Shown here: piece after piece, positions 39,653-50,900 of the stretch
Numbering within the stretch: the stretch's first letter is position 1
How the letters are laid out: each line of letters starts with the position of its first letter
NCBI RefSeq assembly: GCF_964204645.1
Contig: NC_134026.1
Span: 10,563,950 to 10,627,949, forward strand
Direction of reading: 5' to 3'
Length of the DNA: 64,000 bases
Source: Tubulanus polymorphus
Lineage: Eukaryota > Animalia > Nemertea
Notes under the pieces: model-generated
Told to the model about the DNA's origin: nothing
The model's input: only the letters and a program-made list of their open reading frames with translations
Database searches by the model: none
Program-made: the position numbers and the translations under genes

Positions 39653-41113
39653 TGTGCTAAAAAGAAATAGTCAGCTGTTTCGTATTTTGTTCAAGTTCCA
39701 ACAGTACTCTTTTTTCACCGATTGAAGTATCTTCATAACTACAGTCAATTCCCGATACCGCAGTCCTATATACCGCCACCCCGCCTAAAGTTTTCTCATT
39801 ATACAGCCCCAGAAGATACAGAAATATGTGATAGTCTATGGTAGACCACACTATGGTAACTCGTATTTAACTCCAACGGTAAATTTACACGAAGAGGAAA
39901 CCGCTACTTGTACGTCATAAAACACGTGACTAGATTCGTACTGTACATGTGTATGAGGTTTATGACAAAGATTGCTTCCAACAATATTTTTGCTAATGGA
40001 ACTTGAGCACTTTCACCGATGCAGGTGGTACCGTATACCGGGTGTTGACTGTATAATGCCTTTGACGCACGTACAGTCACCGCCAACCTCCATCACCCTA
40101 TCACTTTCATATAAACCGTAATGAAATTGAAGAACTTTTTGAGGGTTAAAATCGATGTCTATTTCTCTTGTGAAAAACTGTGTATCTGACTGCTCCGGAC
40201 TACTCTATCGTATGGATCTTTGTCCAAAAATATCATTCATTAAAAGTTTCTCACTTAGATATTTCTTCATAGTTTTGAGCGTTTAATGGTTGTGTTGAAA
40301 TAATTCAAATACTATGGCTTTTATTCCATACCATGACAATATTTTAGTTGTACATATATTAGGGTAGTGATGGTTTATTCGGATTTTCTCTAATACGGAA
40401 AAAAATTCATCGGTCACCCGTTCATGCGAACTAAGCGAACTACACCGCACTATAGTCAATCGATGACGGCCTTGATAATCGATCCGATGAACTCATTGCA
40501 TTGCGAGTCCGTCCGCCAGGCGCGAATCCAGGGGTGCCAAATATTGGAGCTTGGGTACCTACGTACCCCTTGAAAAATGTCTTCGTAATTTTCATTTTCA
40601 GTTTTGTAACGCTACGGTCATTTCAAAGTATATGGTACATGTTCAAGATTAATATGACCAAGCAGTGCCTAAAAACGCATAGAATGCAAAAAGAAAATTA
40701 ACCTTATTTTTCAAAATATTTGGGGGGATAATAACCACGGTACTGTAGCACACCCCCACTTGGAAAATCCTGGATCCGCCCTGTCTGTGTAACGCAGCAG
40801 AAATAGCTGAACATATTTTTCCGTGCGATGGAATGATCACCTAACGACCTACAGTCGCAGGCAGGAAGGTTTACTGGTGAACCCCTTAGGCCGATAGTGC
40901 CCTTTATGTGAGGTATACTTTTTATGATATAAACAGACAAAAAGAGCACTTCTTCACCTTGGGCAAGCTTTCCACAAAAAGGACACGTAGCCGTAAGGGA
41001 CACCTCTTGCAGAAAGGGCACTTTTTATACTAGACGGTACCCTTTCCACAAAAGGGCATTTTCATTTGAAGCAAGGGAGCGTACCCTTTTTTGCGAAAAG
41101 AGCACTGTTTAAT

Positions 41114-41954
41114 TATGGTGGCTGATTCGGGCCATGTAAAAAAAAATCACAAATGGTGCAAATTTTTTTTTACAGACGCCTAAAAGTCGTTTTATCGCGC
41201 GATAAAACGAACTTTTTCGTTTTATTGCCACGTTAAAACGAAAAATAGCGCGATAAAACGAAAACTACCCCGCTAAAACGAGAAAAAGTTTTATTGCGCG
41301 ATAAAACGAGAAAAAGTCGTTTTATTGCGTTTTATCGCATGATGAAACGACTTTTTCTCGTTTTATCGCGCAATAATACGACTTTTTCTCGTTTTAACGC
41401 GGTAATTTTCGTTTTAACGCGCGATAATACGAACTTTTTTGTTTTATTGCCGCGTTAAACCGAAAAATGGAGAAAACGGAATTTGTTCTTTCGTTTTATC
41501 ACGATGTGAAACGAATAAAAAATTCATTTCATTGCGTTAATTTTTCTTTTAATCGCGCTATTTTTCGTTTTAACGTGGCAATAAAACGAAAAAGTTTTAA
41601 CGCGCGTTTAAACGACTTTTTCTCGTTTTATCATGCGTTTAAACGACTTTTTCTCGTTTTATCGCGCAATAAAACGACTTTTTCTCGTTTTAACGCGGTA
41701 ATTTTCGTTTTATCGCGCTATTTTTCGGTTTCACGTGGCAATGAAATGAAAAAGTTCGTTTTATCGCGTGATAAAACGACTTTTTCTCGTTTTTTTGCGC
41801 AATAAAATGACTTTTTCTTGTTTTAACGCGGTAATTTCTCGTTTTAACGTGGTAGATTTCATTTTATTTCACGATCAAACGACTTTTAGGCGTCTGTAAA
41901 GAAAAATTTGCACCATTTGTGATTTTTTTTACATGGCCCGAATCAGCCACCATA
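41114..41954. mobile_element. Foldback-like MITE with about 80-bp TIRs and internal tttatcgcg/aaaacga repeats
   Basis: tatggtggctgattcgggccatgtaaaaaaaaatcacaaatggtgcaaa...gacgcctaaaagtcgttt is mirrored at 41876-41954. Confidence 0.88.
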
Positions 41955-42066
41955 GATATCAGATTTTGGGTCTTATAAATTTTCTACGGGGAGGATTCCC
42001 CTTTTTTGACCCTGTTTTATTGAACACAAGAACTTCATTTGTTGGATGGACCTTGGTACAAAGATA

Positions 42067-42721
42067 CAGTCGACCTCGCTTTAATCGTCAGCGCATAATT
42101 CGTCATTCTGGCTATATCGTCACATTTCTTTGAGCACGAATAAATTCTTCTTTATTTTCTTTACATTTCTGTGGTTAAATCGTCATTTATAAATCGCTTT
42201 AGTCGTCGCTATTGATCCGGTCCCGTTGTGTTATTTTGCAGTGGATTTACCTCGGTTAAATCGTCATTGTATAATTGATTTATTATGACACATTACCTCA
42301 GCCTAAACGCACCGTATCCCTCTAAGAGCAGGATTTCGTTTTGAACACCCTTGGAAAATCCATCCTCGCTTGTCAGGCGTTCGTTGCCGCTCGACTGAAG
42401 CCTCGACCGGCGACTACTTCAGTTGGAGGCAAAAACGCCTTTGCAAGGGAGGATGGGGAAAACCACGTCATGTGTTATTATTGATATATCGTTTCGGCCC
42501 TCGGGATTTTCCGTATATTTCCAAACTTCATTTCCACATAAAGACCGACCGTGGACAGATTGATTGATATATGTCTCAGTAAAAATGTCCGAAGGCTACA
42601 GAAATAAACATAGGTAACAAGGTAAATTGTATGCGAGAGTCAAAATCACTTAATTCGTCAATTGGATAAATCTTCACTTTTGAGCCGGTCCCAAAAGTCA
42701 CGATTAAAGTGCGGTCGACTG
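42067..42721. mobile_element. Tc1/mariner-pogo type MITE with TA TSD
   Basis: TA|cagtcgacctcgctttaatcgt ... acgattaaagtgcggtcgactg|TA. Confidence 0.8.
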
Positions 42722-43875
42722 TATATGATGGTAGCCATTACCAAATAAACTGCAGTTCACCCCAAATGCTTTAAAATGGCACCATTTTCGACGAAAAAAA
42801 CTTAGGGCGAGCTCCCCCGACTCGCGACTCGTTGGTCGCACACACGCGCGCGCGCGCACTTAATCCTGCTTACAGGCAGGTAAGATATGTTATTAAATGA
42901 TCCGAAGAAATCGAAAGACTGCCCCGGTGTGTGTTATGTAAAAAAAGGTTGAAAGATTTTATATAGATTCTATTTAATTAAAGTAGATATGATTACATAG
43001 CAATAATTCATACATTGTTCTGAGCAGATTGATTGACTTGACCTAAAACCCGATTTACCGTTACACTCTACCGCTAAAATCGGGAATACCGAAGGGTGGT
43101 GGATCGAGGTATGACTAGTCGAGGACAACCACCAAAAACTACAGTGAATAAGTCCAATTTTCTCTCATTCTCTTGCCCGATACTCGACGTCCAACGGTTC
43201 TTTCACACACCTGTACTCGGCCGATATGAGGAATAATTCTTTTAGAGAAATTACCATAACAGAAATTTATGTTTGCAGCGAACTTGCTACATGTAATTTG
43301 ATTCAATGCTAACAACCAGCATGGACGTTGCAAGAATTAGGTGACCAACCACTGTACAAACCATCTGAAATGTCATGAAAAACGCATTTTGACGTGCCAA
43401 AACCGCCGTTGTAGCGTTTTTGAAAATGCATTTCGGCGTACCAAAACGGATATTTATTTTTGGTGTTTCGCTAAAACGGCCGTTTTCTTTTGGCACGCCA
43501 GTATGGATTTTTCGTTACATTTCGGCTGGTTTTCTCAGTTTCCTAGTTTTTAGCTAGTTTTATATTTTTGGCGGTTTGTCACCTTAATTTGCTTACGGTA
43601 CCGAGAATTTTAACGATTGCTCGAATCAGCCACCTACGTATTTGCATTGTTCCAATGAAAACCTTGTGGTTGATATGACTTCGAACAAAACCCCGAATAC
43701 AGGCCTTAAGCGTTTATCTTTCTAAAAATGTTACGCATAAAAATCTATTCATTAGTTTCCAGGTGAAATGACATACATACTGCTTCAAATATAAGTTTTT
43801 TTAAGATGGAACAATAAGATGATTGAGCTAAATTGAAGACATCCGGGCGGTATACAGCTATGTAAACGCAATGGT

Positions 43876-44847
43876 TCACTCACATTTTTCTGTATGATCG
43901 AAAGGCGCATCTTTCGATCCTATAGAATACCTCCATAAAGATATGCTCACTTTGCCCAATTTGAGATTCTCCATCATAATTCCTGCTCTACACATCCGGA
44001 TAACAAACGGGATGTAATCGTATAGAATGGTACAATCAACGTGTTTAACCTCCCCGTAACGCCACGTTTTATGAGACAGATGTAGAGAAGAACATTTCTT
44101 GTTGACGTCGCCGTAACGATCAAATATAACTTTTTTCCACCGGCGAGGTGCTGGTAACATATATCCCATAAATGGCACTTTTATAAGTGGAAAGATGTCA
44201 TCATAGTCTCGTCTAACCCATGGTTGGTAAGTTGAATCTTGCATGTAGGTGCCATTGTTAGAATAAGGCCACATATCAACAAAAGGCCAGTGTTTATCGG
44301 AAAATGACAACTTCCACGGTCGTCTGTCCGGACTTTTGAGATACATACCGGTGACTTGTGGATGCTTGTCGTGGAATGCTTTTTTAATCTTTTGCAGATC
44401 TTCCACTGGTACCTGGACATCGAAATCATCATCCCAAGGAATTGGTGCATGGTGACGATACGCACCAATCAAAGTTCCAGAAAAAATGAAATATGTGACA
44501 TTCAATTTTTGCATTAAAGTATCGAAATGCTTTACCAGCAACTTGTACCTTGATTTTTCCTCAGATGTTAAATTTGTTAGAACAAATTTATTCTGGACGT
44601 CCATTGGTAGATTTATAGAATTGCTTGCTTTAATGAGCCCACTAACATTGAACTCATAGTAGTTATTGATTAGCGAATTGTTAATAGTTATACGTACTTT
44701 TCTAGTCTCATTCTTTTCCCTCCAAAGATCTACTGAGTTGTACGGTAATTTTTGAAAGTTTGGACACTTGCACGGAAGGAAGGTGACTAGAACAGTAAAA
44801 AACACTGTAATGATAACTACTAAGCACAATATCCTTAGTCCATCCAT
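43876..44847 (-). CDS. LicD/fukutin-related nucleotidyltransferase-fold protein, type II membrane anchor, single coding exon, about 323 aa
   Basis: Uninterrupted ORF. N-terminal hydrophobic anchor ILCLVVIITVFFTVLVTFL, LicD signature YFIFSGTLIGAYRHHAPIPWDDDFDV, then WPFVDMW and DIFPLIKVPFMGYMLPAPR...RYG. First in-frame ATG is at 44847. A probable 5'UTR intron spans 45010-45648 (AG|GTAAGG donor, pyrimidine tract plus CAG acceptor). Confidence 0.9.
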   Translation of the reverse strand: MDGLRILCLVVIITVFFTVLVTFLPCKCPNFQKLPYNSVDLWREKNETRKVRITINNSLINNYYEFNVSGLIKASNSINLPMDVQNKFVLTNLTSEEKSRYKLLVKHFDTLMQKLNVTYFIFSGTLIGAYRHHAPIPWDDDFDVQVPVEDLQKIKKAFHDKHPQVTGMYLKSPDRRPWKLSFSDKHWPFVDMWPYSNNGTYMQDSTYQPWVRRDYDDIFPLIKVPFMGYMLPAPRRWKKVIFDRYGDVNKKCSSLHLSHKTWRYGEVKHVDCTILYDYIPFVIRMCRAGIMMENLKLGKVSISLWRYSIGSKDAPFDHTEKCE

Positions 44848-46445
44848 CGCCACGAGTGGTTAGATTTTGTTCGTATTTTAAACGATGTCCCGTATGCAGT
44901 TTCGGTTGAGGTGTCTTTAATTCGGACTAACACTAGATACACATGTAAGAAACTTTGCCAGCTTAAAAATGTCGAAGATTTTCATCGATTTTATTAGGCA
45001 AAACTCAACCTGAAAATGAAAATAAAAAGGAATAATGAGAACTAAAGATGATGTAGAGAATATTGTTTTATGTATCATATGTCTTTTTCTTGCTTCTAAG
45101 TTATACGTGTGATGAATTACCTTAATGCATATGTCTTTCCTTACTTATTCAAACAAGGCAATAAAAGGCTCTCTGTTACGAAGCCCTCTATCCGTGCGTC
45201 TACTTCCGAACCGATCTTATTAATGGCACAATCGACCCGCAATCACTTTTCTAGGCTACTTCATATGAAAAATGAGGCACGACACCATATGGACATATAA
45301 CATCAAGAGAAAAGAACTGAAAGTTCCAGAAACATATGTTTTGCAAACAGTTTGATTTTGTATCCCGATATCAGATTAGCTTATCCTATAAGTGTGAGCT
45401 GTTCGATCGATTTCGTTTACTAACAGTTGCCGAGTGAACTATCTCTCCAATTACCTTGACTTTTTCCCTAATCGAATCATCGAATTACGTTAAACAAGCA
45501 CTTCTTGTACATCTTAATTGCTAACGTGTTCATCAGTTGGCTCAAAATCGAATATTTGATGTAAACTTTCAGTTAAAGGGAAGATATTTCAAAGAACCAT
45601 TTTTGCCATATAACGGGACCACATCTTAACTGAGACATCATCCCTTACCTAATCTTCAATCATGTACATCCTCTAACATCGTAGTGCATAGCACTGTCCG
45701 TTCGATTGCGACGCATCCACGGACATGCACTGTATTGTTATGATAAGCAATTTCGAGGATCTAAAAATGTACAAAATCAAGTTTCAAATGTCATATCAGG
45801 TTGTATTCATATAATACATTTAACTTGGTTGTTTTAGGTAGGCATGAACGGGCATATCCTGTAGTAAGATTTAATGTCCCTTAGCGTTGGTAACTGGTTC
45901 AGTTGTGTGTCATTTTTGTGAAGTTAATGTCCATTAACCGATAATTAGTTCGATAATTAGTTCAATGTTTACGTGTTTGGGGACCAAGGCAACTCCAGAC
46001 TAGTTTTGACTCAGGGTTGTTAGGGATATTTATTCCTGCAGCTTGGTGAGCGAATCGGCTTCGAAGTTGGGTTGTTGGCCCTCCCCGAACGTCGTGGCGT
46101 TGGTCACGAGGGTAACTCCTGGGATACCAACTTTTGGTAGGTATAAAAAAATGCGAAACATAGCTGAACTAGTCGGAGAGCGCTGGGGGAAGATCAGTAG
46201 AACACACTCAAGAAAATTATAAAGAAATTAAGTGGCAGATCTGTAAAAGGTGCCAACAATTAGGGAACTCATCAGTAACGAATAAATTAGTTGTGAGTAT
46301 CTAGGCCTATATCGTAATCTACACCCAGTAGTTGTTTATTTATTTCGGTCTCGGGTTATTGTTCAATTTGTGTCGTTGTGAGGAGCTGGGGAAGGATACG
46401 CTCTCCCACGATATTTCGGTTCCTTCTTCGGGCTGCATAATATTA

Positions 46446-47085
46446 TACTAGAAACACAAAACTGCTCCCCGCGTGGACCTTTCTTTTTTAGACAAACTCT
46501 GCACCAGATGTGAAGTACCAACTGCACCACCCCTTGATGGAGAAACCAAACCTCATTGGAGCTGCACCATTGATATCATAACTACATTTCGGATTCCAGG
46601 ACCATACTCTCATCTGGAAAATTTGCGTTTCGAAATGTGCTTCCTTTTTATCTAGTCAACACGCAGGACAATCAATTTAGAGGACTTCTACATCAACATC
46701 TACCCGAGAAAAAACTACAATAAACTATCGGACTATTTACACGAAGAAAACGACATAAAATATAAAAATGGATAAAATGATCTTCAACCTTGTAACATAG
46801 CTACTTCCTAAATTTCGGTGTTTTAAATTAAGCAGCCAAGAAAATTGACCCCAATCAGTCGCTTGCCGGTTCAGACTGGTTGGAAGAATGTTTGAATGAA
46901 CCGGAACCGAATTTCCCAATTATGTACTCCCATATAAACAAAAACGATTTTCGATTTCAAAATCAAACGGCCTGTTTCGCTCTCTACAGGTGTGGTAGGT
47001 CTGTAAAGGGACACTCAATCAAAACAAAGTCAAACGAAAATTACCACCCAAATAAATAGTACGGTCAATCCCTATTTTAAGATTA
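46446..47085 (-). repeat. Diverged inverted copy of 49275-49955
   Basis: For example gaccatactctcatctggaaaatttgcgtttcgaaatgtgcttcctt (46600-46646) has its reverse complement at about 49751-49797. The match is colinear over about 640 bp. Confidence 0.85.
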
Positions 47086-47956
47086 GGAAAAAAATAATGT
47101 TGGAATGCCCCGGTAAATAAACACGAAGACACGCGATAATAAATAACGATTAGAAATGGGGATTTGACAACATCAATTTGATGATGATAATGAGAGTATA
47201 TAAAAGATTTGTCATAGTATGATGATGTCAATGATAGAGATGTAATTCATAGTAATAATTATCATTATTATGGCTATCATAGTAATGAATATATGAGTGG
47301 TCTATTTGTACGTATCATTTTTACGAAGATCCGAATGTCTTAGATGTCGTGTTTGCAGTTATCGGGAGTTGACTTCCATATTTTACATTATTTTGCATAA
47401 TTTTCTTAAAATCATAAAATAGGGATTGTCCCTATTAAGTACAATTTAAATATTTGAGGACATAAAATCAGAAATGAAGGTATCATGTACGTAATACATG
47501 TTTTCACAGCAGTTAAATAAAAAATGCGGATTCTATATGTACAGGCAGCTGCATTTGAAGTGTTTTGAAATCAGGCAGCACGAGTATCGTTTGTCATAAT
47601 AGGATTTTGTTTGAACTCTGTACTCTCTATCTTGACAGTTGGCAAAGTGTTTTTTTTAACCAGCAAGCATTGTATATCGAATTTCAACAACATTACTCGA
47701 CGTTACTGTACATATAACTATGAGTTATGTAACGAATTAAACGAAATGATAAACGATATGAATTATTAATTGTTCTCCTTTTATATGGTTTTTTATGATT
47801 GCAGTTTTGGGTCAAATAGCTGTTTATGGCAAACAAATTATATACGTTATTATTTTTCATCAACATATTACTAGTATACACGTATATTAGTATTCCATAT
47901 GTAGCCTATGTACGCAAAGTAACCCGGAAAACTATGGGAATAAAAGGCAAACTAAG

Positions 47957-50900
47957 ATGATGACAAGATTCGCAGGATATATGATAACCATTGGGTTAAT
48001 TTTTCCGCTGGCTTGCGCTGGTGAGTTATCGGATTACGATAACGATTGTGAGAGATTGTTTTTGCGTTGAACCATGGACATTAAATTCGTTTTAGAGTCC
48101 ATGGTTGAACTGAATGAATAGCAACGTCACAATAGATTTAAATGAAATTGAATATCATATGTGATAAGTGTTTAAAAGTGTGAGGTCTTTTTCTCCTTTG
48201 TAAAAACTATTTGTGATGTGTGTTACACTCTATTTCACCGATCTTTCGATTTATTTCAGAACGGCGTGCTAATCTGCAGAAAACGCGTGAGTTAGCTTTG
48301 TTGGTTTGATTCAAGAAATCATTAATGAAAAAGTCTCACCATGAAATAATTTGCGATGATATTTATCAAGATGAGATCACAAAGTTTCCGATATTTGCCA
48401 TCATCAGGTGGAATGATAAGAAACAGAAAAACGAAGCACACAAAATCACTATGCTAATGAGCAGAAGCTATGTGTCAGAAACTAGAATAAGAAACTAGAA
48501 ATAAAGCAGTAAGGGGTACCGTTCAATCACGTCTTATGGTTTCTATGGTACCCCTTGGACTTTTTCATTTTTCTACAGTTGACACGGATTAGAGCGTTTT
48601 ATTCGATTATCTAGAAATCATAATGATAATCTCGTAATTGCTATTCTTTAAATAAATAGCAATCCAAGGTTTGGATTGAAAACCTATGCATGCCTGTTAA
48701 TGAATCAAACAACAAATAATTTGTATCATCCATTCAGGCGCTACTGGTCCAGTCGTGAGTGTGCGAAAGCTCGTAACAAACTCGTAATAAGCTAAGCAAG
48801 GCCAATCGTGTTTAGCATGGCTTCCCGAATTTATTAAATTTGAGAGATCCAGGAAGAAAGACACTAAATATTTGGATGGATATATGAAAGCTGTGGGTAC
48901 TGGAGTGTGTAATGGGTAGTGTAGTGTGATCTGTGTGCATTTGTGGCCAGCACATAGATCACATTGTTCATTGGGGTTTGGTCCAGGACTCGCGAGATTT
49001 TCAACAACACGAAAGTAACGTGTAATAAATGATGACTTGAATTGCATGACTACCTACCACCCATCAATATTGTTGGAAAACTAAACGTTCCGCACTGACT
49101 AAAAATTAGTAATAACATTTTAGAAATGGCCAGAATTTTAACTTAGGTTCTATCTCATTTTTATTATACAATTGCGATTGGTATAATTTCCTTTTAAACG
49201 GCCGTTAAGGCTTCATGTTTCGTCTGCAATTCACTGCAAATAGTTACGCAACTACGCACATTTCAGTGTTTTTGATCTTAAAATAGGGATTGTCCCTGTT
49301 GTTTATTTGGTTTGTAAATTTCGTTAGATTTTTTTATTGAGTGTCCCTTACAGACCCACCACACCTGCCGGGAGCGAAACAGGGGGTTTGATTTTGAAAT
49401 CGGAAATCGAAGTACAGATATAGTTGTTTGCTCGGCGGTCTAATTTACAGAATTTTTTTTAAATCGAAGTACATAATTGGAAATTCGGTTCCGGTTCGTT
49501 CAAACAATCTTCCAAGCAGTCTGAAACGGCAAGCGACTGATTGGGGTGAATTTTTCTGGCTGCCTAATTTAATACATTAAGATTTTGGAAATAGCTAATT
49601 ACAAGGGTGAAGATCATTTTGTCCATTTTTATATTTTTTTGGTCGTTTTCTACCTGTAAACAGTCCGATAGTTTATTGTGGTTTTTTTCTCGGGTAGATG
49701 TTGATGTAGAAGTCCTCTAAGTTGATTGTTCCGCGTGTCGACTAGATAGAAAGGAAGCACATTTCGAAACGCAAATTTTCCAGATGAGAGTATGGTCCTT
49801 GGGTATCCGAAGTGTAGTTTATGACATCGACGGTGCAGCTCCGATGAGGATGGGTTTCTCCGTCAAGGGGAGCGCAATCGGTACTTCACATCTGGTGCTG
49901 AGTTTGCCTAAAAGGAAAAGTTTTTACACGGGAGCAGTTTTGTGTTTCTAATATACAGTGCATAGTTAGGTCTGTGGATGCGTCGCAATCAAACGGACAG
50001 TGCTATGCGCATTGATGGACCGTCAGTAAGAAAGCGGCACAGGCACGTGAATATTGAATACATATTTGTACACTTACGAATATACAGTCTTCATCGGGTT
50101 TTATTTATATTGTCACAATTAGGTTTTTGGTAGTTTTTAATGAGACTGATGTCAAGAGGCAACTTTCCAGCCACCACCACGCGCAAATAGACCGAGCTTG
50201 CTATCCTGAAGCCAAAAAGAAGGCAGCTTTCCAGCTATCGCGGCAATGAGACTGAGTTTACAGTCAAAACATCAGCAACAGTAAACTTACTGTAATGCGT
50301 ATGTGGTGAAATAAAGCAAATGTGGTCAAACAGTTCTATGCGTATTGATAGACCGTCGTTCCGGTTCGATCCATATCAGAACATACCTCAAGTGTCAAAA
50401 TCGGGGTATGTAGGCGTAATTAATAAAAGAAAATGGCGTTGGGTTTAATTAATAGACTACGCTAATGGTATCGATTGTGATTCTGTTTACTGCATTCAGT
50501 CCGCTTGCGTCCAGATGTATAAGTATATTGTTAAGACTCCGTGTTTTTGGCAGCTGTACACTCAATCGGCACCGTTCGTGTCTAGCTTCACTGCGGAATT
50601 ATCATCAATCAACATCGCCATATCACATCATCAACTTATATTTTGCCTTAAAACCCTAACAGCCGAAATAATTGAAATGCACACACGATTTCTATCATTG
50701 AAAATTGGGAGAGTGGCCATGTTTGTGTTCTGCTGCTTCGCGTAAATACCGCGCGGTGGCGCAACCGCGCGGAGTGGGGCCGATACGTCAAGCAAAAAGA
50801 AAAACGTACAGGGGCCGTCAAAAGCTATACTCAATGCCGAAAACAAAAGAAAACAGTACAGAAATTAATGATTAGCCAGAAACGACACGAACTCTTTCTA

